This document shows positions 22,845-36,586 of a stretch of 64,000 bases of DNA, one piece after another. Below the pieces are notes generated by a model that was not told where the DNA came from, did no database searches, and was given only the letters and a program-made list of their open reading frames with translations. The first letter of the stretch is position 1, and each line of letters starts with the position of its first letter. The DNA lies in the NCBI GenBank assembly GCA_001244265.2, contig CDLV01000016.1, positions 434,001 through 498,000 of the forward strand. The letters run 5' to 3'. A program made the translations under genes and the position numbers. Source of the stretch: Microbotryum violaceum (taxonomy: Eukaryota).

Positions 22845-25283
22845 ATGTCGCACGGCAAGGAGAACGTTTACGACGATCGACCACCGCCGACGAAAGCCTC
22901 GTTGTTGAGATGGTGGAAGGCCTTCACTGCCAAGACGTCGTCGTCCTCGAACAACACGAACCTTCACAGATCGTCGTCGTCGGCGTCGTCGGCGGCGAAC
23001 CACAAACTGACGCGTGCTCGAGCCTCGACGGCGCCGGGCGCTGTCTCGGGCAACCCGACCCCCGTTACGAGACCGTACCAACCTCCTGGACGTGGACTGG
23101 CCAAGGGGAAATCGGGCGAAGGGAGGGTCTTTGGTGTTTCGCCCGAACAGAGCCTCAAATACGCCGCCGTGGCCATCTCGACCGTCTCTGCGTCAGTCTT
23201 ATACGTCTCATCGCCCGTCACCGCGTCCGCGGATCACCGGGAAAAGGCCAACTGACCCTCTTCACACTCGTCCTCTCCCATTCCGTAACGGAATTACAGC
23301 GATGGCAAACCTTACGTTTACGGTTATGTGCCCATCGTCGTGGCCAAATGTGGCATGATGCTCAAGGAATCAGGTTCGTCTCCCGCCCGCGGCAGCCCCG
23401 TCGTCATGACCCCATTTGCTTCCGTCTCTGTTGGCTGACCAGGTCCCGAATCTCGTCGCTCGTCGCTCGACTGACGACATGTACACATTCCGTACAGCAA
23501 CCGCGACGGAAGGCATATTTAGGGTATCTGGATCCAACAAGCGCATCAACCAGTTGCAGGAACTCTTCGATCAACCCCCGCGCTACGGCAAGGACCTCGA
23601 TTGGGCCGGTTTCACCGTCCACGATGCGGCGAGCGTACTCCGGCGATACCTCAACATGATGCCCGTGAGTGATTCGACGGATAATTGCTTTTCGGATCAA
23701 GCCATCGCGGCCAGTGAGGAAAGAGGCGGGGAATGCTGACATATTTACGTCTATTCCCGACGCGATCCACGATATAGGAACCTGTCATTCCCGCGAACCT
23801 ATATGTCGACTTTGTTCACGTCCTTCGTACGTCCGAGTGCTTCGGGAGTCTACAGAGGTGTTGACTGACTTCTCTTCGATCGGGCACGCGTCGCACTCGA
23901 ACAGAACGCCGCCTACCCGAGGAAGCCTGCATCGCCGAATACCAACGCCTCATCTCGCTCTTACCCCCGACATCACGATACCTACTCCTCTACCTGCTCG
24001 ACTTCCTCTCCTTGTTTGTGCGTTCGAGCCACCTCAATCTGATGACCGCGTCGAACCTCGCCGTCGTGTTCCAACCTGGACTCGTCTCGACGCGTCGAGA
24101 AGGAACCGGCGAAGGCGCGCTGCTCGGTTTCCCCGGTTTCTTGGATGGCAAGGTGCCGACGAACCCGACGAGCCAAACCGTAGCGAGTGGTGCGGGTGCG
24201 CAGGCGAGACAAGGCGCGGGTGAACATGGGAGGGGCAAGGAAGTGCTCGAATTCTTGATCGAGCAGCAGAGTCGGTTCATGATTGGGTTGGAACCGCCAA
24301 CGTCTTCGGCTTCGGCGGCGGCGGCGGCGACGCAGGCAGCGGCGAGTTGGAACTTGACACCGAGGACCTCATCCAACGTCGCGGGCAACAAGGCGAATAT
24401 ACAGGCTCAACCCTCGACTCCGACGCCTATGTCCGCGTCGACGCCGATGGGCGGATCGAACGTCGTTGTTGGACCGCGATCGAGCTCCAAGGGCCACAAG
24501 GACGAGGGGGACGACAACTTTGAACCCCCTTCGGCGGAGGCGCAGTTGTATCGACGTGGGAGCGAGAGGAGCGTCGAACGTCGTAGGTTGAGGAAGGCAG
24601 CGGATGGGTTGAACGCCAAAGTCAAGAGGTCAAAGACGTTGCCGGGGAGGGAGTCATCGTTGATTGATCAGCACCAGCACCACCATCGCCACCACCAACC
24701 ACAGCATTTGACGCTGGAGTCGAATAGTGGGAGAGGGACAGGAGAACAGCAGGACTCACCGATGTTGATGGTTGGGTCGGTGCCGATGAGGAAGAGCGCC
24801 AGTGGGAGTTCGAGTCAGGGAAGTCCAAGACCGTACAAGGCACCACCGCTCTTGTCATCACCACTACCAACCCAGACCCCTCCTGGAACGTCGAGTCCTT
24901 CCGCCAATGCCGATTCGAAACCACGAGGGATCTCAGCACGGAGAACACCAACCAGTCAACCCAACGTTGCGGTCCCCTTACCGAGGAAATCTTCCATGAC
25001 CGCCGCTTCGACCACAACCTTGCTTAACAACAGTCTACCGAGCGCGACGATGGTCATGCCTAGTGTCACCTCGACGCTGTCATCGACGACGGTTTTGGTG
25101 CCCCCTCCTTTGGGACCGGCGGTGTCGAGGCAGTCGTTCGAAACGATGTATACGGCGCAAAGTCAACGGAGCGATTCAATGGATGTTACAGGACCGACGG
25201 CGCCAGCAGCTGCGGCTGCTTTGCCGAGATGGATCTCGCATCATGGGGATGCGGAGACGACGGGCAGTGAGGAGGGTCGCTAG
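22845..25283 (+). CDS. Rho GTPase-activating protein, Sac7/Bag7-like (multi-exon)
   Basis: VFGVSPEQSLKYA, GYVPIVVAKCG, EGIFRVSGSNKRI (arginine finger), HDAASVLRRYL, NLMTASNLAVVFQPG; low-complexity C-terminus. Confidence 0.9.
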
Positions 25284-25534
25284 GATGGATGGGCACTTGC
25301 AGGTGTGCCTTGTGTGAAGGGGGCGCTTTCCCTCGGATATGTGGGTGGGAGTTGCTTCTGATGGGCATCAGGGCCTATGCCTCTTCGTTTTTTTCCTTTC
25401 TGCTTATATGTTGTTATCTAATCTAATCAAAGCCGATGGGCGATCGCAATCGCATTCGTTCCTTGCGGGGGACATGAGGGCTATGCGTTACAACATGAGA
25501 GGGACACACGGACTTGGATTGGTCCCTTGTACAT

Positions 25535-26606
25535 TCAAGGTTTAGGTGGTCGAGCGGCGTTTCCGGGTACGCTATCGCTTGAGACGGCGTAGACGTCCTT
25601 CTCGAATTCCATCGGTGATCGCCGAAGTAAGACTTGAGACCAGAACCTGGACGATAACAGCGCATGATCAGAGGTCCGAGACAGAATCTTTGGAAATTTA
25701 ATGAGGAACCGACTTTATGATCCCGAACCACTCCTTGTCGTTGGTCGGCATCGGGCTGGGATTCAGAGGTAGGACATGTGAATTGATCTTTTCGAACCCT
25801 TTCTTCCAATTCGGGAGCGCCAGAATGGATTCTTGCGTTTTGCGAGACACGAGCAAAACCTTGGTTGAGTTTCTCGCCGGTCTTGTAGGGAAGGAGATCA
25901 GAGGACCGGAAATGGAAATGAGGGACCCGAAGGTGATGGGGGAGGGGAAGGTGGGGTTGAAGTATTTGAGTATGAGTTCGGCGGCGCAGGTCGCGCCTTG
26001 GGAGTTGCCAAAGAAGTGCAGTTGGGCGGGGTGCCAGTTGCAGACTGTGAGGAGGTGGTCGAGGACTTGGGTTAGGACTCGGAGAGTCGAGGTCGGGTTG
26101 GGGCTCGGGATCACTGTGGGGTCATGTGGACGTGTGAGCGAGCCGACGGACGAAATTTCTTTTCTCTTTCTCCGACAAGGAGCGTATGAACTCGTCTTGA
26201 TCGTGGGGCACAGACCTTCGCCGAGTTGATCGAAGGAAGGCCACCATTGCCATGCCTCTTCTTCCAAGAGTGGGACGCGCAGGGGTGCTCGGATCGAGAG
26301 GACCGCCGTTTGAGGAAGGGACAGCGATTGGCCGAATCTGAAAAAGGGGGTGTGCGAGTCGCCTAACGCCGGTCAGGGAGAGAGCGGAAGGGAGGGTCAG
26401 CCGAGGGGCGATTGATTTGAGCGAAGTGCACGTTACTGACCTAGCCCGTGGAACAGTATGAGCAGGTTGGATTCGATCAGCTGGTCCTTGGGTCCTTTCG
26501 GGGGTGCATACGATGAGGTAACGAGGTGCGACAGTTGAGGAGCAGGGTGCGTGCGAGCCAGTCGGGGCAGGGCTGTGACGGAGATGGGAGTCGACTTGTC
26601 CGTCAT
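25535..26606 (-). CDS. Phospholipase/carboxylesterase (alpha/beta hydrolase)
   Basis: NLLILFHGLG|D, LPQTAVLSIRAP, WWPSFD and FFGNSQGA (GxSQG nucleophile elbow). Three introns; TGA 25535-25537. Confidence 0.85.
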
Positions 26607-26942
26607 CGTAGCCGGTACTTTAGAGAAAGGTGGGAGCAAATCGGGCGCTAGAGGGAGCAAGTGCGGACAGCGTACGGACAGCGTGCGAGGTGTCCAAGTG
26701 GAGGCCCATTTTGGATTAGTAAACGAGTTAAGCTCAACCAAGCCCTCCCTCTGGGAGGGGCGTCGAACTTATTATAAACGAGTGCTAGTCTGTGCTAATA
26801 TTAGTGCGATGAGCTTCGAGTGAGCCACGCGTTGCGACGCGCTGGGACGGCTCAGATCACGCGCGTTCCTGGTCATTCGACAATCAACCGCAGCACCCCG
26901 GCGCATCCTTGTCCGTCACTCTGCGCCCACACGTCACCCAGC

Positions 26943-29607
26943 ATGGCGTCCAACACCCTGTTGCATCCTACGATCGCGCACCCACCGGCGCACGTGCTGC
27001 GTCGACGGCTCAAGCGCGCCTTCAACGAATGCTCGAACCGCGCCCTGCCCGGAAGTGCCAAATGGGCCGCCGAACTGCTCAATGCGATACCGAGTTCGGC
27101 CGTTCTTTCGTCTTCAGCTTCCTCGGCGACCACTACGGGTACGGGTGGGAACCATGGTCGCAGAGGGACGTCTACCGCGGCGAGGGGAGCAGCGAACTCG
27201 GGCTTGGGTTCGACGTCGACCGCGCCTCCGAATCCGATGAGCAGTCCCGAATTGCTGTCCAGGTTCGCCACTTCGACACCCATACGCTCTCATTCCAGTC
27301 CAGTCGGCGTTGCAGGTGCTTCCAACATCAACCACACCTCATGGGCCAGTCTGGGCGGTGACCGAACCACCGCTCCAGCTGGCTCAACCTCGGCGAATCC
27401 TCTCGCCCATCGACCCCACCCCGCGAGGGACTCGCTCGGCAGCATCATGGAACTGGCCTCTTCACCGGGTGGGTATCCCCACCAGCTCGACGATCGACGG
27501 GAACATCCTTCGTCCCATTTGGAAGAAGAGCACTCCGCGATGCTCCCGGGGACAGGAAAATCCCACTTGGACCACGATCTCGACCTCGATCTTGATCCGG
27601 AACCCGAGGGCTGGGATGCGCTCGAAAGCGATCGCTACGATTTGGCTTTGGCATACGAGAGGACCCATGAACATCTTAGAGCTTCGAGTGTGCTCAATGG
27701 GTGTAGAGGGAATAGGGCCAGGTGGTTGAGAGGTTATACCAAGTACTTGGTCAGTTTTGGGGGGATGAGTAAGGTCCAAAAGATGGGAAGAGTCTGATCA
27801 TTCCGGATACGCGCCTGTTCTCCGTCCACAGGCTGGGGAGAAACGCGCACAAGAAGAATCGGGCGATCTGCTGGGCGTCAAGGACCGAGGGATTGCCAAT
27901 CCTTTTGCGCAAGAACTTTTGGCCGAGATGGCCGAGTGGGAACCGGGGACCGTCGACCATGATCCTTGGTTGTTGTACCTGTGCGTCAGCCACGCAAATG
28001 TTTCATCTCGAAGAAAACCATCCGATGGGAGCGAACTGATGTGGATTTGCGTGGATCGCCATCACAGAAAAGCGTTACTACTGCTCGCGATCCCACCCGT
28101 CTCGCCTTCGCCTTTTGGTCCGAGGGATCCGACAACCATGACCGTCACGCTCGATCACCGACTCGCCGCGATGGACCACCTCGTCCACTCGGTCAAGTTG
28201 GAACCGTACAACTGGTCCGCGTGGCTCAAGTTGGCGTCCTGTCTTGATGGGCCTGAAGAGGTTGGTACTGTCTGAAGGAAGACTCTGGTTTCGCACGGAA
28301 CCTAACTCTGCACCTCTGTTACGCCGCAGCTCGAAGCGACGTTACATTTCTTACCCACGGAGACGCCGCTCCTCTTCTTCTTCGTCCACGCGACACTGGA
28401 GATTCATGCTGCGGGCGAGAACCTCCACGAGGTTTTGAACGACCTCGACAAGATCTTTCCCGGCGCGAGTCTGATCGAAGGCATGCGGGGCTTGATTCAT
28501 TATCATGTTCGAGGTCGGTCCCCATCCTAGTCTGAGTCTATCCTCTGGGATCATCAATTGAATGGAGGTGTGCTTTCTGCAGAATTCGACGAAGCGACCG
28601 AGTACTTTACCAAACTGCAAGAATCGGACCCTTACCGCGTCGAAGACATCGACATATTCTCCAACATCCTCTACGTCTCAGAGAAAAGGGCCGAACTTGC
28701 GACGCTGGCTCAAGAATACACCAAGATGGATCGCTCCCGACCCGAGGTCTGTTGTTTGGTAGGGAATTATTATTCGCTCAGGAGGGAACACGAGAAGGCG
28801 ATTCTGTATTTCAGGAGGGCGTTGAAGTTGGATCGAGGGTATTTGAGCGCGTGGACGTTGATGGGCCATGAGTACGTCGAGATCAAAAATACGAATGCCG
28901 CGATCGCGAGTTATCGGAGGGCCGTTGGTGAGTTTTGACCTTGCGTGGTGCCATGCATCATTGGCGCCGGAGGGCGATTCTGAGCCCTATTTATGTGAAC
29001 GCAGACGTCAATCGCAAAGACTATCGAGCATGGTACGGCCTCGGACAGACATACGAACTCTTGGGCGAACCTTATTCGGCGTTGAACTATTACCAAAAAG
29101 CAACGGCGTTGCGACCGTTCGACGCGAGGATGTGGTGCGCGCTCGCGGTGTGCTATGAAAAGTTGAAGAGGTGAGCAGTCGATGGGATGGGAGGAAAGGC
29201 ATGATGTGAGATGCACCCAAAAAATTGACCAGACAATTTCATTCTTAAAACCAAGGGTCCCCGACGCGATCAAGTCGTACCAACGCGCGCTCGTCTCGTC
29301 CGAACCCGGCGAGAACGACACCGCTCTCCGCATCGGTCGTCTCTACGCTTTACAAGGCGATTCTCTCAAAGCCGCTTCGTACCATCGTCGAGCCTTAGCA
29401 GAAGGGATCAAAACTGAGGCGACCAAGAACGAGCTGAGCAAGATCAGGTTGTGGTTGGCCAAGTACGAGATCAAGCGAGGGGTGATGAAGGGCGATTTGG
29501 ACGCCGCGGAGGACCTATTGAAGGAATGCTTGGGCGTGGGAGAGGATAAGGATGAGGCCGAGTTGTTGCTCAAGGAGTTGAATGTGCTTTTACTTAGTAG
29601 AGAATGA
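26943..29607 (+). CDS. CDC23: Anaphase-promoting complex subunit 8 (Cdc23/Cut23)
   Basis: [79 protein letters not shown] motifs; multi-exon. Confidence 0.95.
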
Positions 29608-29744
29608 CGGGCGAGGGTCGGAACTGCAAGCTCGACCCAATTCCCTACCGGCATTTCGCAGCAGTCGCAATATCGACATGTATAGCAAGGTGCATAAGTG
29701 GCGGACAATACACAACGAAATGTCTGAGAACCTATTGTCAAAAA

Positions 29745-32700
29745 TCAACGTAGTTCGCTCAGAACCTCTCGACGACCACCTCGTCTCGTCTTGACGGGGG
29801 ACACGACCGCCTTGACGTCGAGTACTTCGACAACTCGGGACCGAAGCGATCGGCTAAAGATGACGGGCGAGACGACTTCCACCTCCTCTTCCTCCTTGAC
29901 TTCTTCTTCTGCCATGATTGGTGCCTCGCTTCGCTTGAAATCGCACGGCGAGGTGGAAGACGGTCTAGCATGAGCGCTAGGAGCATCCATGTCCTCGTCG
30001 TCGCTGCTGTCGTCATGAGTGAGAAACGAGCGAATGGAGGCAGGCGCGTGTTCATAAGTGTATCGTGTTGGGGGGCTGTTGACGACTTCGACCTCCCGAT
30101 CATGTTGGACATTGACGTGATCATCCTCTTCCTCCATTTGGGCCGCGTCCAGATCTTCCGACAAGTCGACTGAAAAGCTTTGTTCGTCTTCAAAAACGGC
30201 ATGTGGCTTCTCGAGTGGAACCCTTCGCACGGAAGGCGAAAGGGGTCGAGAGACGAGACACTCGGGCACGCCACCTTCTTCTTCTTCTTCTTCTTCTTCT
30301 GCTTGATCCTCGTACTCTTCACCCTGAGCATGCTCGTCAAACTCGTCCTCCGGTCCCCCTTCTTCAAGCTCTTCCTTCTCCTGCGCTTCTTCCTCGATGG
30401 GAACCGGTTGTTGAGCAAGCTCGTCCATCCTGATTTCCAAGGCACCAGGAACCCGGATTGCCATCGAGACAAAATCCTCGAACCGAGGAGGGGTGTCGAG
30501 CATAATCGAGCAGGTTTGAGCGAAAGGCTCGGGCGTGAAGGGTTCCATGGGTAGGGAGGACTTAGCGGGCGTGGTGGGTGGTGGAAGGGGGAAGGTCGGT
30601 CCTTCCTCGTCCTCATCATCTTCCGAGTCGAGGCGTTCCTCAACAATTACGTCGATCTCTGCCGTCTCTTCAGCGACTTCCTCGTTTTCCCCAAGGCCCT
30701 TTTCGTTCACTGTTACCTCGCTCCAAGCTGCCGGCACCTCGTCGGCTTCGGCCCCCTCGGCCTGAAGGGGTTCAATCTCCACCGTTGATGCGTGTTCATC
30801 AAAGTCGCAGGTGTCGTCTTTCTCGATGTTGCCTTCCGGGTCCTTCGTCTCCTCTAGGGTCAGTTCTTCTTCGACAGCCTCAACCGCTTCAACCGCATTC
30901 GGGGCATCAATCTCGTCCTCGTCTGCGGCCTTGGTCTCTTCCTCGGCATCCCCGGCAATCGCAACGAGATACTCCAATGTCTCTTCCGCTCCTTCGACAT
31001 GTTTCAAGTCGACGATCCTAATCGCATCGCTTGTCGGCTCCTCGAGGCACTCGCTCGGTTCTTCGATCTCTTGCTCCCGTTCGAGCTCGCCAGCTTCCAT
31101 CGTCACTTCCGAAACGGTAGGGGCCACCGGTATCGGCTCTGCCTCGATCGACTCTTCCGTTGCCTCCGGCGCAATGCTCAGTGCCTCTTGCGAAATCTCC
31201 ACGATAGTAGGAGTGGTCCGCTGTGCCTCCGCACAAGAGTTTGGCTCAACCGTGGCGCGTGTTGTTGGACCGCATAGGACTTGGACAGGATCCTCTGCGG
31301 CGGAGATTGCCTCAGCTTCGACCCGTGAGGTCTCCGGGGCGACCTCGACACCGACCGCGGTCGGCTCCGTTTCAGGTGCATCCATTACTGCGTGAGAAGT
31401 ATGCCCGTTTCCGTCGAGGATCCCATCGGCTTCACCTTGAGCGATTGGCATCTCGACCAGCCCGTCGAGGAGATGACTCCGAAGCACTTCATCGTCGACG
31501 GTCGGATCCTCGACGATCACGCCGCCGGCATCGACAATCTTGACCAAGCGTTCCAATTCCTGTACCTCTTCGACATTCTTAGTTGACACGGCTACCACCA
31601 CAGGCTCAGCTTTATTCGCAGGAGCCGAGACGCTCGAGCTGACAAGGGCCCTTTTCTCGATCGGTTTAACGACAGTCGAGGAAGCCGAAGGAGCTCTCGA
31701 GGATTTAGGTCGGAAAGGACCACTCGAAGCTGCGCCCCCATGTCGAGCCAAAGTCGCCGGTCGTCCGATCGGCGCAACGTTCCTCATGACTGGCGGCGGT
31801 GCGATGATAGGTGCGACCCGTCGGGCCCTTCGGACTTCGACGTTCGGCCCTTGCGATGCTGACGCGGTGTTGGGCCGGAAGGACCGAGATGCCGTTGAGG
31901 GCTTGAAGGCCCCGCTGGTCAAAGGAGGGGCGTGGGGTGTGGACGAGGAAGAGGAAGAGGGTATCGGCGCATCCATCGGAGGGCCACGCGGTATCCGACG
32001 CGTCGTGGGGTAGTCCGAAGCCGACCAAGTCGAAGCTGATGAGGACGTTGTCGACGGCAGAGCTCCACTACTGAGCGACCTCGCCGTTTCCTCTATGTGG
32101 TGTGAGATGGCGGGCGGTGGAGGACCATGCCCGACACTCTTGGCGAGGCGCATGTCCCGAGCGGTTGTCGATGTCAAAGGTCCCGTGGGCATGGGTCGGC
32201 CGCCGTACAGGCTTACTGAGAGTGGGGTCGGCCGGCTCGACGTTGTGTGGGAAGACGAAGAGCAGGCCGTCGGAGATGCAGAGGAGGAGGATGGAGCGTA
32301 AGAAGAAGTCGGCGGAATCGGGCGGTGACTAAAGGTAGAAGGTTGAGGAGCGGTGGTCGTCTTCTTGGGAGCGGAGGATCCCGAGACAGATAAGGACAGG
32401 CTCAAAGGAACTTTAGGCTTGGGGCCGGAAGGTTGACCTGTCGAGGGAGCGCCTACTGCCGTCACGTTGAGGTACTTGCGACTGATGGGAGTCATGGGTG
32501 CGGTGAATCTGACGTAGAGAAGTGGTTCTATGGTCAGCCTCCTCTCGCAAAGAAAACTTCTGAGCGGTTATTTGGTTCACTTACTGCGCAACTCGATCCG
32601 GCCACTCTCGCTTGTACACTTCCCAGCACTTTTTGATCTCGCCTCGTACTTTGGCTTCCCTGTCGGTGGCCCCGGTGCGGATGACCCACTCGATCTCTTC

Positions 32701-33472
32701 GACACGTTTGTCGAGAGCTTCCTTGGGCACAACGAGTTCTGCGGTCCCAGCTCCGAGCACCGCCGATACTGCCTCGGCGGCGGCGATTCGGAACGACGAG
32801 GATTTGCCACTTTCAAGCTTCCATTCGATGACGATGAACTTGAGAATGTCGACGAGGAGCGTGTGCCGGATGATATCGTGCAGCACCGACAACGCGCGAG
32901 AAATGTACAACTTGTTTGTTCGGCAGAAGAGCCGGAGCAGAGGGGGCAAGTAGGTCGACAAGAGAGGCTGGAATTGGCCGTGGAGGCGCGTGCACGACGA
33001 GATGAGATCCAGCGTCGAGGCGCTCAGTCGGGTGCGTTCCGTAGCGAGCTGTGAGCATTCGGCCACACAGATTGGGGGGGTCAGCATTGACATTCACTTT
33101 CCTTGGCCCAGCCTCTCGCCTCGACTCGGACTGACCGATCGAACGATGCCGTTCGATATGGCCTTGTCCTTAAACCTCCGGATGAACTCGTCGGTGAACT
33201 TGTACGCCCCACCTCGAACGACGGCCTGGAAACGCTTGACAGCGCGATCTATGTTTTCCCAAGTATGCTCCGTCTCGGATTGGGCGAGCGAGTTCTGCAA
33301 GAGAGTAAACTCGTGGTCGAGTTGAGCCAGCGAGGCGATCTGTGGGCACGAGCGAAGGCAGGTTGAGTGACGATGGCCGACTCGCACCACCCAGCGGCCC
33401 AGCCACGGGAGGATGTTCCGCGAGTCAGACCCCACTTACCGGTATCCGATCTGGCTCGGGGGCTTTGACCAT
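29745..33472 (-). CDS. CLASP N-terminal (TOG/HEAT) domain protein with long Ser/Pro-rich then acidic tail
   Basis: ETEHTWENIDRA, ERTRLSASTLDL, LLRLFCRTNKLYISRA, IRTGATDREAKVR are typical of Stu1/CLASP_N; last exon is about 2.75 kb of low-complexity coding. Confidence 0.8.
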
Positions 33473-33840
33473 GTCCGGTGTCACAGCGCTGGTATGCGTG
33501 ATGGGACGGTGGAGTGAATTGGGTGTAGCAGTAAGGGCGGGAGGAGCTGAGCGAGTCGCAACTTGCGACGCGCGCTCGGCGAGCGATGGCAGGAGAAGGC
33601 AGGAGAGGGTATAGCGTAGGCTAGGGAATTGGGAAGGCTATGGCATATATGGCAGGCCACTGGTAGGACTCTGCAGTGATCTGGCACTATCTGGCAGGCT
33701 CCGGTAAAGGGTTCCTTGCGTATACAAATTTCATCTGTCAAGTCCTTAAGCAAACTTGTCATGGCATGAGAACAAATCCTGCTCTTCAGTACGCGCGCCA
33801 AAACAAGCAGCTTGACTCACTGGTGCATGTAAAAGTTGGG

Positions 33841-33868
33841 CACTGTGCACTGTGCACTGTGCACTGTC
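33841..33868. repeat. (CACTGTG)x4 tandem repeat in divergent promoter
   Basis: CACTGTG x3 plus CACTGTC. Confidence 0.8.
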
Positions 33869-34285
33869 ACTTTCTCCCTCGCTAGTTTGTGCAGTGGCTG
33901 CAGTGGCGAATGCCTACGTACAACTGAAACACGTGACCTGGAGCCGCTAATAAATGCTTTCGAAGTATTTTGCTCTTTCCGCCCGCATCCATATTTTTTT
34001 GGAGCCAAAATGATGACGGTCATTCATTCGGCTTTCGAACATAAACATGCAGGCGGTATGCCCACCGCAAAGTGCTGCACCCTCGGCTCGGGTTCGGCGT
34101 GAGGGTTCGGCAGGTTGCGTTGCCGTCGCCGAGCGACTCGGGAGCCGTCGCCAAGCGGGCTTTTGCCGCTTCTGCTCCCCCACTCGCGCGCTGTCAACGC
34201 GTTAACGACCGAACCTCTCTCTGTCCGCGCTCCGAATTAGACCGTGAGACGTCCTCAACGCGCCACAAAAAACACAGACAGCATC

Positions 34286-35629
34286 ATGTCCAAGCCATCA
34301 TCCCTTTCACTGTCTCCATTCAGCACGCCCTCGCCCGGCTTGGCCCACATCAACCGGGTGATCGCCACCACCTCGGGCCAGGACAAGGTGTTCATGCTCT
34401 ATGCTTGTCAGTGGCCGACCCGCCTCCACAGAGAATGCCGCTCAATGCCCATCTGCTAACTGGAACCATGTTTTTTCACAGACTCGTCCCATGTGATCAT
34501 GCACCTGTTGCGCTCCAAGCGTCTTGCAACCAGATCGCGACTCGAGCTCGCCAACCGCATGGACAAGCTGCGAGACGTCATCTCAGATGCCAGAACATTG
34601 TCAGTCAATGCAACCACGACAGCTACGACGGTAATCCAGATGGAGGCTGACCACCGTATCTTCCCCTCAGATATCGTCTCTTTGGACTGTTCCCAATCAT
34701 CCAGTGGGCTCAAGCTCTGAACGATCCCGCGAAAAGGCCCGCCGATGGCCAGTTGGCGCTCATCAACAAATTGCAAGCCTGGTCCATGTTGTTCTACTAC
34801 CCTCTTGAGCACTACTGTAGGTCGTCTCTCCGCGCGCTGTTCTCTGTACGCCGCAGGCGCCCGTAGGGTCGAGCTGGCCCCACCCAGTCTCGAAGCGGTG
34901 CCCCGCATTTCGCCTTCTGGCTTGCACCGCCGCCGGAGCCTGGAGTCGCTATCGGGCAGGTTGTGATGCTGTAGAGCTGACCTCGTGCTTCATTCCGTCC
35001 CCTCTCCCTCCGTCTATCAGATTACCTAGCTGGCAAGGGTGTGTTTGATTGCCCTCCCGCAAGGATCGGCACGTAAGTCCCTCCTCAGAACGTTCCTCGG
35101 GTCGTAAGGATCCTCCGATGTCACTCTGGACAGGCGGAAAAGACGAGCTCGGTACTGAAAATCGCTCTTGTCTAATTTCCAGTATCGCGATGTGGGCATG
35201 CCGCTTCTGGGCCTCTTACGTCGTCCTCCAAGTGCTTCACATCCGACGCGAGTACCAGCTCCTAAACCAGTCGCGTCGCAAGCTCGTGAATGCGCAACGC
35301 GAGTCCCGCATCGCTGGTGGTTCGAACGAGAACAGTACGGAAGTGGAAGAAATCAAGAGGATCAAGAACAAGAGTCATGCGCTCAAGATGGACACGTTGG
35401 TCCAGATTGGATACTTGCCCTTGACGGCGCATTGGTCAGTCTCGCTCCCGCGTGGATCGAGCTGTTGCAGGCTCGGTGAATGTTGAGCACTGTACTGAAT
35501 GAAGGATCGCTCCTTTCTTCGCATAGGTCGATTCCTGGAGGCATCTTGCCGGACAATCTTTGGGTCGGCATGTTTGGCACGCTCGCCGCTGCGACAGGTC
35601 TGAAGACCTTGTGGAGGAACACGGCTTGA
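34286..35629 (+). CDS. PEX11: Peroxin-11 family protein
   Basis: TTSGQDKVFML, ISDARTL|YRLFGLFPIIQW, LQAWSMLFYYPLEH, WACRFWASYV, YLPLTAHW|S; 6 exons; TGA 35627-35629. Confidence 0.85.
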
Positions 35630-35869
35630 GAGAGGTGCGTAGGTTGACTTAGCTGTACTTGTAGCTCTTGGGGCTGCCTTCCTTCCTACTGGGATCAGGT
35701 CTTCTGTAAACGAGGCGCTTCTGTGCACGATTGTCCCGCGGCTCAACGACATTGCAAGCAGCTATAGTCCTCGACGCATCCATGGTCAGCGAAAGCTTGG
35801 GTCAAGCAGACCTGGCACAGAAAGTCATCCACTCGAACTGAATGAGCTGTACAACTTTTGGGCTATTTC

Positions 35870-36335
35870 GTGGACCCGTTCCAACCCCACCACCCGCCAA
35901 GCCTTGGTCCATTGCCGTCGATGGGGCCTCACGGTCCCTCCAACCATGCGATCACCGCTAGCAGCCATCCTCAGTTCCGACTACTCTGCGCGTTTGATTG
36001 CACGTTCTTCACACGTCGTCCCTCCTCTAGTTCTTGTCCATCACATCCCTCGTCGTCACGCCCTGCTGCTTGCCCTTGTCGATTTCTTTGCGAATCTCGT
36101 CGCGTGATTCGAACAATCGCTCTTCCGACTCGTCGGTCGCTTGTCCCGTCGTCTCCTGCCGGTAGACACGCAGTACACGCACCGGCATCAGCGTCAGCTA
36201 CCGTATTCAGTGCATGGGGAACGACCCGGAGCCAAGAGCTCTCACTTTGATCGTCTTGGTCGCGGCATCCTTGACTTGGTTGAGCGTGTCACCGATAAAG
36301 TGAAGGCGCTTGGCGATCGGCCCCTCGACTTCGGC
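35870..36335 (+). repeat. 466-bp inverted duplication, copy 1 (partner at 57051-57516)
   Basis: Reverse complement matches 57051-57516; overlapping ORF translations are identical in both copies. Confidence 0.95.
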
Positions 36336-36586
36336 CGGTTGCGACTACAACCGTGTGGCGGCAAGAGAGAGCAAAATTAATTCTGACGTAGACAGTTCAC
36401 CATGGTGGTGAGACGTACCCCTCCAATCTTTTCGGGCTCGTCCGCGGCGCGTGTAATCGACGACGTTGCGAGAGCCGAAGTGGCGCCCCAAATTCGACTC
36501 GAACTCCGCGAGGACGATAACGAAGTGACGGTGACGCCGGCAGCGCTTCGACGCAGCTGAAGGGTAAAGCGGTTCATAGACAGCAT
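36027..36586 (-). CDS. 131-aa probable mitochondrial hydrophilic (LEA-like) protein, 3 exons
   Basis: Exons 36586-36419, 36344-36246 and 36155-36027 with introns GTACGT..TAG (74 nt) and GTGAGA..CAG (90 nt), all phase 0. Reading: MLSMNRFTLQLRRSAAG...EKIGG|SQPAEVEG...ATKTIK|ETTGQA...MDKN*. Confidence 0.7.
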
